Below, piece after piece: positions 24,201-39,200 of a DNA stretch of 64,000 nt (position 1 is its first letter; every line of letters begins with the position of its first letter). A program made the position numbers and the translations under genes. The stretch is taken from the NCBI GenBank assembly GCA_053919585.1, contig CM132790.1; one strand, written 5' to 3'. Source of the stretch: Euprymna scolopes. Lineage: Eukaryota. The notes under the pieces are model-generated. The model saw only the letters and a program-made list of their open reading frames with translations. It searched no databases and had not been told where the DNA came from.

Positions 24201-27200
24201 CGCTAGTCTCGCTTACCGGCCGACGCAAGATATCCCCCCGCTAGTCTGGCTTACCGGCCGACGTAAGATATCTCCCCGCTAGTCTCGCTTACCAGCCGAC
24301 ACAAGATACCCCCCCGCTAGTCTCGCTTACCGGCCGACGCAAGATATCCCCCCCGCTAGTCTAACTCACCAGCCGACGCAAGCTATTTCCCCGCTAGTTT
24401 CGGTTACCAGCCGACGCAATATATTCCCCCGCTAGTCTGGCTTACCGGCCGACGTAAGATATCTCCCCGCTAGTCTTGCTTTCCAGCCGACACCAGATAT
24501 CCCCCGCTAGTCTCGCTTACCGGTCGATGCAAGATATACCCCCCACTAGTCTAACTTACCAGCCGACGCAAAATATCTCCCCGCTAGTCTCGCTTACCAG
24601 CCGACGCAAGATATCCCCCCGCTAGTCTGGCTTACCGGCCGACGTAAGATATCTTCCCGCTGGTCTCGCTTACCAGCCGACACAAGATACCCCCCGCTAG
24701 TCTGGCTTACCGGCCGACGCAAGATATCCCCCCCACTAGTCTCACTTACCAGCCGACGCAATATATCTCCCTGCATGTCTCGCTTACCGGCCGACGCAAG
24801 ATATCCCCCCGCTAGTCCGGCTTACCGGCCGACGTTAGATATCTCCCCGCTAGTCTCGCTTACCGGCCGACGCAAGATATCCCCCCGCTAGTCTGGCTTA
24901 CCGGCCGACGTAAGATATCTTCCCGCTAGTCTCGCTTACCAGCCGACACAAGATACCCCCCCGCTAGTCGCGCTCACCGGCCAACGCAAGATATCCGCCC
25001 CGCTAGTCTAACTTACCAGCCGACGCAAGCTATCTCCCTGCATGTTTCGCTTACCAGCAGACGCAATATATTCCCCCGCTAGTCTGGCTTACCGGCCGAC
25101 ATAAGATATCTCCCCGCTAGTCTTGCTACCCAGCCGACACAAGATATCCCCTGCTAGTCTCGCTTACAAGCCGATGCAAGATATCCCCCGCTAGTCTCAT
25201 TTACCGACCAACGAATGATATCCCCCACCAAATGTCTCTCTTACCAGCTGAGTAAAGATATCCTCCGCTAGTCTGGCTTACCGGCCGACGTAAGATATCT
25301 CCCCGCTAGTCTCGCTTACCAGCCGACACAAGATACCCCCCGCTAGTCTGGTTTACCGGCCGACGCAAGATATCCCCCCCCGCTAGTCTCACTTACCAGC
25401 CGACGCAAGATATCTTCCCGCTAGTCTCGCTTACTGGCCGACGCAAGATATCCCCCCGCTAGTCTGGCTTACCGGCCGACGTAAGATATCTCCCCGCTAG
25501 TCTCGCTTACCAGCCGACACAAGATACCCTCTGCAAGTCTGGCTTACCGGCCGACGCAAGATATCTCCCCGTTAGTCTCGCTTACCAGCCAACGCAAGAT
25601 ATCTCCCCGCTAGTCTCGCTTACCGGCCGACGCAAGATATCCCCCCGCTAGTCTTGCTTACCGGCCGACGTAAGATATCTTCCCGCTAGTCTCGCTTACC
25701 AGCCGACGCAAGATATCTCCCCGCTAGTCTCGGTTACCAGCCGACGCAAGATATCTCCCCGCTAGTCTTGCTTACCAGCCGACGCAATATATCCCCCGCT
25801 AGTCTCGCTTACCAGCCGATGCAAGATATCCCCCACTAGTCTCGCTTACCAGCCGATGCAATATATCTCCCGCTAGTCTCGCTTACCAGCCGATGCAAGA
25901 TATCCCCCGCTAGTCTCGCTTACCAGCCGATGCAAGATATCCCCTGCTAGTCTCGCTTACCAGCTGATGCAAGATATCCCCCGCAAGTCTCGCTACCAGA
26001 CGATGCAAGATATCCCCCGCTAGTCTCGCTTACCAGCCGACGCAACGTATACCCCGCTAGTCTCGCTTACCAGCCGCCGCAAGATATCCCCCGCTAGTCT
26101 CGCTTACCAGCTGATGCAAGATATCCCCCCGCTAGTCTCATTTACCGGCCGACGAAAGATATCCCCCACCACATGTCTCGCTTACCAGCTGACGCAAGAT
26201 ATCCTCCGCTAGTCTCGCTTACCCGCCGGCGCAAGATATCCCCCCCGCTAGTCTCACTTACCAGCCGACGCAAGATATCTCCCTGCTAGTCTCGCTTACC
26301 GGCCGACGCAAGATATCCCCCCGCTAGTCTGGCTTACCGGCCGACGTAAGATATCTCCCCGCTAGGCTCGCTTACCGGCCGACGCAAGATATCCCCCCGC
26401 TAGTCTGGCTTACCGGCCGACGTAAGATATCTCCCCGCTAGTCTATCTTACCAGCCGACACAAGATACCCCCCGCTAGTCTCGCTTACCGTCCGACGCAA
26501 GATATCCCCCTGCTAGTCTCACTTACCAGCCGACGCAAGATATCTCCCCGCTAGTCTCGCTTACTGGCCGACGCAAGATATCCCCCCGCTAGTCTGGCTT
26601 ACCGGCCGACGTAAGATATCTCCCCGCTAGTCTCGCTTACCAGCCGACACAAGATACCCCCCGCTAGTCTGGCTTACCGGCCGACGTAAGATATCTCCCC
26701 GCTAGTCTCGCTTACCAGCCGACACAAGATACCCCCCCGCTAGTCTCGCTTACCGGCCGACGCAAGATATCCCCCCCGCTAGTCTAACTTACCAGCCGAC
26801 GCAAGCTATTTCCCCGCTAGTTTCGCTTACCAGCCGACGCAATATATTCCCCCGCTAGTCTGGCTTACCGGCCGACGTAAGATATCTCCCCGCTAGTCTT
26901 GCTTTCCAGCCGACACCAGATATCCCCCGCTAGTCTCGCTTACCGGTCGATGCAAGATATACCCCCCACTAGTCTAACTTACCAGCCGACGCAAGATATC
27001 TCCCCGCTAGTCTCGCTTACCAGCCGACGCAAGATATCCCCCCGCTAGTCTGGCTTACCGGCCGACGTAAGATATCTTCCCGCTAGTCTCGCTTACCAGC
27101 CGACACAAGATACCCCCCGCTAGTCTGGCTTACCGGCCGACGTAAGATATCTTCCCGCTAGTCTCGCTTACCAGCCGACACAAGATACCCCCCCGCTAGT

Positions 27201-30200
27201 CGCGCTCACCGGCCAACGCAAGATATCCGCCCCGCTAGTCTAACTTACCAGCCGACGCAAGCTATCTCCCTGCTAGTTTCGCTTACCAGCAGACGCAATA
27301 TATTCCCCCGCTAGTCTGGCTTACCGGCCGACATAAGATATCTCCCCGCTAGTCTTGCTACCCAGCCGACACAAGATATCCCCTGCTAGTCTCGCTTACA
27401 AGCCGATGCAAGATATCCCCCGCTAGTCTCATTTACCGACCAACGAATGATATCCCCCACCAAATGTCTCTCTTACCAGCTGAGTCAAGATATCCTCCGC
27501 TAGTCTGGCTTACCGGCCGACGTAAGATATCTCCCCGCTAGTCTCGCTTACCAGCCGACACAAGATACCCCCCGCTAGTCTGGTTTACCGGCCGACGTAA
27601 GATATCCCCCCCCGCTAGTCTCACTTACCAGCCGACGCAAGATATCTTCCCGCTAGTCTCGCTTACTGGCCGACGCAAGATATCCCCCCGCTAGTCTGGC
27701 TTACCGGCCGACGTAAGATATCTCCCCGCTAGTCTCGCTTACCAGCCGACACAAGATACCCTCTGCTAGTCTGGCTTACCGGCCGACGCAAGATATCTCC
27801 CCGTTAGTCTCGCTTACCAGCCAACGCAAGATATCTCCCCGCTAGTCTCGCTTACCGGCCGACGCAAGATATCCCCCCGCTAGTCTTGCTTACCGGCCGA
27901 CGTAAGATATCTTCCCGCTAGTCTCGCTTACCAGCCGACGCAAGATATCTCCCCGCTAGTCTCGGTTACCAGCCGACGCAAGATATCTCCCCGCTAGTCT
28001 TGCTTACCAGCCGACGCAATATATCCCCCGCTAGTCTCGCTTACCAGCCGATGCAAGATATCCCCCACTAGTCTCGCTTACCAGCCGATGCAATATATCT
28101 CCCGCTAGTCTCGCTTACCAGCCGATGCAAGATATCCCCCGCTAGTCTCGCTTACCAGCCGATGCAAGATATCCCCTGCTAGTCTCGCTTACCAGCTGAT
28201 GCAAGATATCCCCCGCAAGTCTCGCTACCAGACGATGCAAGATATCCCCCGCTAGTCTCGCTTACCAGCCGACGCAACGTATACCCCGCTAGTCTCGCTT
28301 ACCAGCCGCCGCAAGATATCCCCCGCTAGTCTCGCTTACCAGCTGATGCAAGATATCCCCCCGCTAGTCTCATTTACCGGCCGACGAAAGATATCCCCCA
28401 CCACATGTCTCGCTTACCAGCTGACGCAAGATATCCTCCGCTAGTCTCGCTTACCCGCCGGCGCAAGATATCCCCCCCGCTAGTCTCACTTACCAGCCGA
28501 CGCAAGATATCTCCCTGCTAGTCTCGCTTACCGGCCGGCGCAAGATATCCCCCCGCTAGTCTGGCTTACCGGCCGACGTAAGATATCTCCCCGCTAGGCT
28601 CGCTTACCGGCCGACGCAAGATATCCCCCCGCTAGTCTGGCTTACCGGCCGACGTAAGATATCTCCCCGCTAGTCTATCTTACCAGCCGACACAAGATAC
28701 CCCCCGCTAGTCTCGCTTACCGTCCGACGCAAGATATCCCCCTGCTAGTCTCACTTACCAGCCGACGCAAGATATCTCCCCGCTAGTCTCGCTTACTGGC
28801 CGACGCAAGATATCCCCCCGCTAGTCTGGCTTACCGGCCGACGTAAGATATCTCCCCGCTAGTCTCGCTTACCAGCCGACACAAGATACCCCCCGCTAGT
28901 CTGGCTTACCGGCCGACGCAAGATATCCCCCCGCTAGTCTCACTTACCAGCCGACGCAAGATATCTCCCCGCTAGTCTTGCTTACCGGCCGACGCAAGAT
29001 ATCCCCCCGCTAGTCTTGCTTACCGGCCGACGTAAGATATCTTCCCGCTAGTCTCGCTTACCAGCCGACGCAAGATATCTCCCCGCTAGTCTCGGTTACC
29101 AGCCGACGCAAGATATCTCCCCGCTAGTCTCGCTTACCAGCCGATGCAATATATCCCCCGCTAGTCTCGCTTACCAGCCGATGCAAGATATCCCCCACTA
29201 GTCTCGCTTACCAGCCGATGCTATATATCTCCCGCTAGTCTCGCTTACCAGCCGATGCAAGATATCCCCCGCTAGTCTCGCTTACCAGCCGATGCAAGAT
29301 ATCCCCTGCTAGTCTCGCTTATTAGCTGATGCAAGATATCCCCCGCAAGTCTCGCTACCAGACGATGCAAGATATCCCCCGCTAGTCTCGCTTACCAGCC
29401 GACGCAACGTATACCCCGCTAGTCTCGCTTACCAGCCGCCGCAAGATATCCCCCGCTAGTCTCGCTTACCAGCCGATGCAAGATATCCCCCCGCTAGTCT
29501 CACTTACCAGCCGACGCAAGATATCTCCCCGCTAGTCTCGCTTACCGGCCGACGCAAGATATCCCACCGCTAGTCTGGCTTACCGGCCGACGTAAGATAT
29601 CTCCCCGCTAGGCTCGCTTACCGGCCGACGCAAGATATCCCCCCGCTAGTCTGGCTTACTGGGCGACGTAAGATATCTCCCCGCTAGTCTATCTTACCAG
29701 CCGACACAAGATACCCCCCGCTAGTCTCGCTTACCGTCCGATGCAAGATATCCCCCCGCTAGTCTCACTTAGCAGCCGACGCAAGATATCTCCCCGCTAG
29801 TCTCGCTTACCGGCCGACGCATGATATCCCCCCGCTAGTCTGGCTTACCGGCCAACGTAAGATATCTTCCCGCTAGTCTCGCTTACCAGCCGACACAAGA
29901 TACCCCCCGCTAGTCTAGCTTACCGTCCGACACAAGATATCCCCCCCGCTAGTCTCACTTACCAGCCGACGCAAGATATCTCCCCGCTAGTCTCGCTTAC
30001 CGGCCGACGCAAGATATCCCCCCGCTAGTCTGGCTTACCGGCCGACGTAAGATATCTCCCTGCTAGTCTCGCTTACCGGCCGACGCAAGATATCCCCCCG
30101 CTAGTCTGGCTTACCAGCCGACGTAAGATAGCTCCCGCTAGTCTCGCTAACCAGCAGACACAAGATACCCCCCGCTAGTCTCGCTTACCGGCCGACGCAA

Positions 30201-33200
30201 GATATACCCCCCGCTAGTCTCACTTACCAGCCGACGCAAGATATCTCCCCGCTAGTCTCGCTTACCAGCCGACGCAAGATATCCCCCCGCTAGTCTGGCT
30301 TACCGGCCGACGCAAGATATCCCCACCCGCTAGTCTCACTTACCAGCTGACGCAATATATCTCCCTGCTAGTCTCGCTTACCGGCCGACGCAAGATATCC
30401 CCCGGCTAGTCCGGCTTACCGGCCGACGTAAGATATCTCCCCGCTAGTCTTGCTTACCGGCCGACGCAAGATATCCCCCCGCTAGTCTGGCTTACCGGCC
30501 GACGTAAGATATCTCCCCGCTAGTCTCGCTTACCAGCCGACACTAGATACCCCCCCGCTAGTCTCGCTTACCGGCCGACGCAAGATATCCCCCCCGCTAG
30601 TCTAACTTACCAGCCGACGCAAGCTATCTCCACGCTAGTCTCGCTTACCAGCCGACGCAATATATTCCCCCGCTAGTCTGGCTTACCGGCCGACGTAAGA
30701 TATCTCCCGGCTAGTCTTGCTTACCAGCCGACACAAGATATCCCCCGCTAGTCTGGCTTACCAGCCGATGCAAGATATCCCCCGCTAGTCTCGCTTACCA
30801 GCCGATGCAAGATATCACCCGCTAGTCTCGCTTACCAGCCGATGCAAGATATCCCCCGCTAGTCTCATTTACCGACCGACAGAAGATATCCCCCACCACG
30901 TGTCTCTCTTACCAGCTGAGTCAAGATATCCTCCGCTAGTCTGGCTTACCGGCCGACGTAAGATATCTCCCCGCTAGTCTCCATTACCAGCCGACACAAG
31001 ATACCCCCCGCTAGTCTGGTTTACCGGCCGATGCAAGATATCCCCCCCTCGCTAGTCTCACTTACCAGCCGACGCAAGATATCTTCCCGCTAGTCTCGCT
31101 TACTGGCCGACGCAAGATATCCCCCCGCTAGTGTGGCTTACCGGCCGACGTAAGATATCTCCCCGCTAGTCTCGCTTACCAGCCGACACAAGATACCCCC
31201 TGCTAGTCTAGCTTACCGGCCGACGCAAGATATCTCCCCGCTAGTCTCGCTTGCCAGCCAACGCAAGATATCTCCCCGCTAGTCTCGCTTACCGGCCGAC
31301 GCAAGATATCCCCCAGCTAGTCTGGCTTACCGGCCGATGTAAGATATCTTCCCGCTAGTCTAGCTTACCAGCCGACGCAAGATATCTCCCCGCTAGTCTC
31401 GGTTACCAGCCGACGCAAGATATCTCCCCGCTAGTCTCGCTTACCAGCCGACACAATATATCCCCCGCTAGTCTCGCTTACCAGCCGATGCAAGATATCC
31501 CCCGCTAGTCTCGCTTACCAGCCGATGCAAGATATCTCCCGCTAGTCTCGCTTACCAGCCGATGCAAGATATCCCCCGCTAGTCTCGCTTACCAGCCGAT
31601 GCAAGATATCCCCCGCTAGTCTCGCTTACCAGCTGATGCAAGATATCCCCCGCTAGTCTCGCTACCAGACGATGCAAGATATCCCCCGCTAGTCTCGCTT
31701 ACCAGCCAGTGCAACGTATACTCCGCTAGTCTCGCTTACCAGCCGCCGCAAGATATCCCCCGCTAGTCTCGCTTACCAGCCGATGCAAGATACCCCCCCG
31801 CTAGTCTCAATTACCGGCTGACGAAAGATATCCCCCACCATCTCGCTTACCAGCTGACGCAAGATATCCTCCGCTAGTCTCGCTTACCCGCCGGCCCAAG
31901 ATATCCCCCCCGCTAGTCTAACTTACCAGCCGACGCAAGATATCTCCCCGCTAGTCTCGCTTACCGGCCGATGCAAGATATCCCCCCGCTAGTCTTGCTT
32001 ACCGGCCGACGTAAGATATCTCCCCGCTAGTCTCGCTTACGCGCCGACACAAGATACCCCCCGCTAGTCTGGCTTACCGGCCGACGCAAGATATCCCCCC
32101 GCTAGTCTTACTTACCAGCCGACGCAAGATATCTCCCTGCATGTTTCGCTTCCCGGCTGACGCAAGATATCCCCCGCTAGTCTGGCTTACCGGCCGACGT
32201 AAGATATCTTCCCGCTAGTCTCGCTTACCAGCTACCACAAGATACCCCCCGCTAGTCTGGCTTACAGGCCGACGCAAGATATCCCCCCCGCGCGTCTTAC
32301 TTACCAGCCGACGCAGGATATCTCCCCACTAGTCTTGCTTACCGGCCGACGTAAGATATCCCCCCGCTAGTCTGGCTTACCGGCCGACGTAAGAAATCTC
32401 CCCGCTAGTCTCGCTTACCGGCCGACGCAAGGTATCCCCCAGCTAGTCTGGCTTACCGGGCGACGTAAGATATCTCCCCGCTAGTCTATCTTACCAGCCG
32501 ACACAAGATACCCCCCCGCTAGTCTCGCTTACCGGCCGACGCAAGATATCCCCCTGCTAGTCTCGCTTACCGGCCGACGCAAGATATCCCCCCCGCTAGT
32601 CTAACTTACCAGCCGACGCAAGCTATCTACCCGCTAGTTTCGCTTACCAGTCGACGCAATATATTCCCCCGCTAGTCTGGCTTACCGGCCGACGTAAGAT
32701 ATCTCCCCGCTAGTCTTGCTTTCCAGCCGACACCAGATATCCCCCGCTAGTCTCGCTTACCGGCCGACGCAAGATATACCCCCCGCTAGTCTCACTTATC
32801 AGCCGACGCAATATATCTCCCTGCTAGTCTCGCTTACCGGCCGACGCAAGATATCCCCCCGCTAGTCCGGCTTACCGGCCGACGTAAGATATCTCCCTGC
32901 TAGTCTCTCTTACCGGACGACGCAAGATATCCCCCCGCTAGTCTGGCTTACCGGCCGACGTAAGATATCTCCCCGCTAGTCTCGCTTACCAGCCGACACA
33001 AGATACCCCCCCGCTAGTCTCGCTTACCGGCCGACGCAAGATATCACCCCCGCTAGTCTAACTTACCAGCCGACGCAAGCTATCTCCCCGCTAGTTTCGC
33101 TTACCAGCCGACGCAATATATTCCCCCGCTAGTCTGGCTTACCGGCCGACGTAAGATATCTCCCCGCTAGTCTTGCTTACCAGCCGACACAAGATATCCC

Positions 33201-36200
33201 CCGCAAGTCTCGCTTACCAGCCGATGCAAGATATCCCCCGCTAGTCTCGCTTACCAGCCGATGCAAGATATCCCCCGCTAGTCCAGCTTACCAGCCGATG
33301 CAAGATATCCCCCGCTAGTCTAATTTACCGACCGACGAAAGATATCCCCCGCCAAATGTCTCTCTTACCAGCTGAGTCAAGATATCCTCCGCTAGTCTGG
33401 CTTACCGGCCGACGTAAGATATCTCCCCGCTAGTCTCGCTTACCAGCCGACACAACATACCCCCCGCTAGTCTGGTTTACCGGCCGACGCAAGATATCCC
33501 CCCCGCTAGTCTGCCTTACCAGCCGACGCAAAATATCTTCCCGCTAGTCTCGCTTACTGGCCGACGCAAGATATCCCCCTGCTAGTCTGGCTTACCGGCC
33601 GACGTAAGATATCTCCCTGCTAGTCTCGCTTACCAGCCGACACAAGATACCCCCTGCTAGTCTGGCTTACCGGCCGACGCAAGATATCTCCCCGCTAGTC
33701 TCGCTTACCAGCCAACGCAAGATATCTCCCCGCTAGTCTCGCTTACCGGCCGACGCAAGATATCCCCCCGCTAGTCTTGCTTACCGGCCGACGTAAGATA
33801 TCTTCCCGCTAGTCTCGCTTACCAGCCGACGCAAGATATCTCCCCGCTAGTCTCGGTTACCAGCCGACGCAAGATATCTCCCCGCTAGTTTCGCTTACCA
33901 GCCGATGCAATATATCCCCCGCTAGTCCTGCTTACCAGCCGATGCAAGATATCCCCCGCTAGTCTCGCTTACCAGCCGATGCAATATATCTCCCGCTACT
34001 CTCGCTTTCCAGCCGATGCAAGATATCCCCCGCTAGTCTCGCTTACCAGCCGATGCAAGATATCCCCTGCTAGTCTCGCTTACCAGCTGATGCAAGATAT
34101 CCCCCGCAAGTCTCGCTACCAGACGATGCAAGATATCCCCCGCTAGTCTCGCTTACCAGCCGATGCAACGTATACCCCGCTAGTCTCACTTACCAGCCGA
34201 CGCAAGATATCTCCCCGCTAGTCTCGCTTACCGGCCGATGCAAGATGTCCCCCTGCTAGTCTGGCTTACCGGCCGACGTAAGGTATCTCCCCGCTAGTCT
34301 CACTTACGCGCCGACACAAGATACCCCCCGCTAGTCTGGCTTACCGGCCGACGCAAGATATCCCCCCGCTAGTCTTACTTACCAGCCGACGCAAGATATC
34401 TCCCTGCTAGTCTCGCATACCGGCTGACGCAAGATATCCTCCGCTAGTCTGGCTTACCGGCCGACGTAAGATATCTTCCCGCTAGTCTCGCTTACCAGCT
34501 ACCACAAGATACCCCCCGCTAGTCTGGCTTACAGGCCGACGCAAGATATCCCCCCCGCGCGTCTCACTTACCAGCCGACACAAGATATCTCCCCGCTAGT
34601 CTCGCTTACCGGCCGACACAAGATATCCCCCCGCTAGTCTGGCTTACCGGCCGACGTAAGACATCTTCCCGCTAGTCTCGCTTACCAGCCGACACAATAT
34701 ACCCCCCGCTAGTCTGGCTTACCGGCCGACGCAAGATATCCCCCCGCTAGTCTCACTTACCAGCCGACGCAAGATATCTCTCCGCTAGTCTCGCTTACCG
34801 GCCGGCGCATGATATCCCCCCGCTAGTCTGGCTTACCGGCCGACGTAAGATATCTTCCCGCTAGTCTCGCTTACCAGCCGACACAAGATACCCCCCGCTA
34901 GTCTGGCTTACCGTCCGACACAAGATATCTGCCCCGCTAGTCTGACTTACCAGCCGACGCAAGATATCTCCCCGCTAGTCTCGCTTACCGGCCGAGGCAA
35001 GATATCCCCCCGCTAGTCTGGCTTACCGGCCGACGTAAGATATCTCCCTGCTAGTCTCGCTTACCGGCCGACGCAAGATATCCCCCCGCTAGTCTGGCTT
35101 ACCGGCCGACGTAAGATAGCTCCCGCTAGTCTCGCTTACCAGCCGACGCAATATATCCCCCGCTAGTCTCGCTTACCAGCCGATGCAAGATATCCCCCGC
35201 TAGTCTCGCTTACCAGCCGATGCAAGATATCTCCCGCTTGTCTCGCTTACCAGCCGATGCAAGATATCCCCCGCTAGTCTCGCTTACCAGCTGATGCAAG
35301 ATATCCCCCGCTAGTCTCGCTACCAGACGATGCAAGATATCCCCCGCTAGTCTCGCTTACCAGCCGATGCAACGTATACTCCGCTAGTCTCGCTTACCAG
35401 CCGCCGCAAGATATCCCCCGCTAGTCTCGCTTACCAGCCGTTGCAAGATATCCCCCCGCTAGTCTCAATTACCGGCTGACGAAAGATATCCCCCACCATC
35501 TCGCTTACCAGCTGACGCAAGATATCCTCCGCTAGTCTCGCTTACCCGCCGGCGCAAGATATCCCCCCCGCTAGTCTCACTTACCAGCCGACGCAAGATA
35601 TCTCCCCGCTAGTCTCGCTAACCGGCCGACGCAAGATATCCCCCCGCTAGTCTGGATTACCGGCCGACGTAAGATATCTTCCCGCTAGTCTCGCTTACCA
35701 GCCGACACAAGATACCCCCCGCTAGTCTGGCTTACCGGCCGACGCAAGATATCCCCCCCGCTAGTCTCACTTACAAGCCGACGCAATATATCTCCCTGCT
35801 AGTCTCGCTTACCGGCCGACGCAAGATATCCCCCCGCTAGTCCGGCTTACCGGCCGACGTAAGATATCTCCCCGCTAGTCTCGCTTACCGGACGACGTAA
35901 GATATCCCCCCGCTAGTCTGGCTTACCGGCCGATGTAAGATATCTCCCCGCTAGTCTCGCTTACCAGCCGACACAAGATACCCCCCCGCTAGTCTCGCTT
36001 ACCGGCCGACGCAAGATATCCCCCCCGCTAGTCTAACTTACCAGCCGACGCAAGCTATCTCCCCGCTAGTTTCTCTTTCCAGCCGACGCAATATATTCCC
36101 CCGCTAGTCTGGCTTACCGGCCGACGTAAGATATCTCCCCGATAGTCTTGCTTACCAGCCGACACAAGATATCCCCCGCTAGTCTCGCTTACCAGCCGAT

Positions 36201-39200
36201 GCAAGATATCCCCAACTAGTCTCGCTTACTAGCCGATGCAAGATATCCCCCGCTAGTCTCGCTTACCAGCCGATGCAAGATATCCCCCGCTAGTCTCATT
36301 TACCGACCGACGAAAGATATCCCCCACCACGTGTCTCTCTTACGACCTGAGTCAAGATATCCTCCGCTAGTCTGGCTTACCGGCCGACGTAAGATATCTC
36401 CCCGCTAGTCTCGCTTACCAGCCGACACAAGATACCCCCCGCTAGTCTGGTTTACCGGCCGACGCAAGATATCCCCCCCTCGCTAGTCTCACTTACCAGC
36501 CGACGCAAGATATTTTCCCGCTAGTCTCGCTTACTGGCCGACGCAAGATATCCCCCCGCTAGTCTGGCTTACCGGCCGACATAAGATATCTCCCCGCTAG
36601 TCTCGCTTACCAGCCGATACAAGATACCCCCTGCTAGTCTGGCTTACCGGCCGACGCAAGATATCTCCCCGCTAGTCTCGCTTACAAGCCAACGCTAGAT
36701 ATCTCCCCGCTAGTCTCGCTTACCGGGCCGACGCAAGATATCCCCCCGCTAGTCTGGCTTACCGGCCGACGTAAGATATCTTCCCGCTAGTCTCGCTTAC
36801 CAGCCGACGCAAGATATCTCCCCGCTAGTCTCGGTTACCAGCCGACGCAAGATATCTCCCCGCTAGTCTCGCTTACCAGCCGACGCAATATATCCCCCGC
36901 TAGTCTCGCTTACCAGCCGATGCAAGATATCCCCCGCTAGTCTCGCTTACCAGCCGATGCAAGATATCTCCCGCTAGTCTCGCTTACCAGCCGATGTAAG
37001 ATATCCCCCGCTAGTCTCGCTTACCAGCCGATGCAAGATATCCCCCGCTAGTCTCGCTTACCAGCTGATGCAAGATATCCCCCGCTAGTCTCGCTACCAG
37101 ACGATGCAAGATATCCCCCGCTAGTCTCGCTTACCAGCCGATGCAACGTATACTCCGCTAGTCTCGCTTACCAGCCGCCGCAAGATATCCCCCGCAAGTC
37201 TCGCTTACCAGCCGATGCAAGATATCCCCCCGCTAGTCTCAATTACCGGCTGACGAAAGATATCCCCCACCATCTCGCTTACCAGCTGACGCAAGATATC
37301 CTCCGCTAGTCTCGCTTACCCGCCGGCGCAAGATATCCCCCCCGCTAGTCTCACTTACCAGCCGACGCAAGATATCTCCCCGCTAGTCTCGCTTACCGGC
37401 CGATGCAAGATATCCCCCTGCTAGTCTGGCTTACCGGCCGACGTAAGGTATCTCCCCGCTAGTCTCGCTTACGCGCCGACACAAGATACCCCCCGCTAGT
37501 CTGGCTTACCGGCCGACGCAAGATATCCCCCCGCTAGTCTTACTTACCAGCCGACGCAAGATATCTCCCTGCTAGTCTCGCTTACCGGCTGACGCAAGAT
37601 ATCCTCCGCTAGTCTGGCTTACCGGCCGACGTAAGATATCTTCCCGCTAGTCTCGCTTACCAGCTACCACAAGATACCCCCCGCTAGTCTGGCTTACAGG
37701 CCGACGCAAGATATCCCCCCCGCGCGTCTCACTTACCAGCCGACGCAAGATATCTCCCCGCTAGTCTCGCTTACCGGCCGACACAATATATCCCCCCGCT
37801 AGTCTGGCTTACCGGCCGACGTAAGACATCTTCCCGCTAGTCTCGCTTACCAGCCGACACAATATACCCCCCGCTAGTCTGGCTTACCGGCCGACGCAAG
37901 ATATCCCCCCGCTAGTCTCACTTACCAGCCGACGCAAGATATCTCTCCGCTAGTCTCGCTTACCGGCCGGCGCATGATATCCCCCCGCTAGTCTGGCTTA
38001 CCGGCCGACGTAAGATATCTTCCCGCTAGTCTCGCTTACCAGCCGACACAAGATACCCCCCGCTAGTCTGGCTTACCATCCGACACAAGATATCCCCCCC
38101 GCTAGTCTGACTTACCAGCCGACGCCAGATATCTCCCCGCTAGTCTCGCTTACCGGCCGACGCAAGATATCCCCCCGCTAGTCTGGCTTACCGGCCGACG
38201 TAAGATATCTCCCTGCTAGTCTCGCTTACCGGCCGACGCAAGATATCCCCCCGCTAGTCTGGCTTACCGGCCGACGTAAGATAGCTCCCGCTAGTCTCGC
38301 TTACCAGCCGACGCAATATATCCCCCGCTAGTCTCGCTTACCAGCCGATGCAAGATATCCCCCGCTAGTCTCGCTTACCAGCCGATGCAAGATATCTCCC
38401 GCTTGTCTCGCTTACCAGCCGACGCAATATATTCCCCCGCTAGTCTGGCTTACCGGCCGACGTAAGATATCTCCCCGCTAGTCTCGCTTACCAGCCGATG
38501 CAAGATATCCCCCGCTAGTCTCGCTTACCAGCCGATGCAAGATATCCCCAGCTAGTCTCGCTTACCAGCTGATGCAAGATATCCCCCGCTAGTCTCGCTA
38601 CCAGACGATGCAAGATATCCCCCGCTAGTCTCGCTTACAAGCCGATGCAACGTATACTCCGCTAGTCTCGCTTACCAGCCGCCGCAAGATATCCCCCGCT
38701 AGTCTCGCTTACCAGCCGATGCAAGATATCCCCCCGCTAGTCTCAATTACCGGCTGACGAAAGATATCCCCCCGCTAGTCTGGCTTACCGGCCGATGTAA
38801 GATATCTCCCCGCTAGTCTCGCTTACCAGCCGACACAAGATACCCCCCCGCTAGTCTCGCTTACCGGCCGACGCAAGATATCCCCCCCGCTAGTCTAACT
38901 TACCAGCCGACGCAAGCTATCTCCCCGCTAGTTTCTCTTACCAGCCGACGCAATATATTCCCCCGCTAGTCTGGCTTACCGGCCGACGTAAGATATCTCC
39001 CCGATAGTCTTGCTTACCAGCCGACACAAGATATCCCCCGCTAGTCTCGCTTACCAGCCGATGCAAGATATCCCCCGCTAGTCTCGCTTACTAGCCGATG
39101 CAAGATATCCCCCGCTAGTCTCGCTTACCAGCCGATGCAAGATATCCCCCGCTAGTCTCATTTACCGACCGACGAAAGATATCCCCCACCACGTGTCTCT

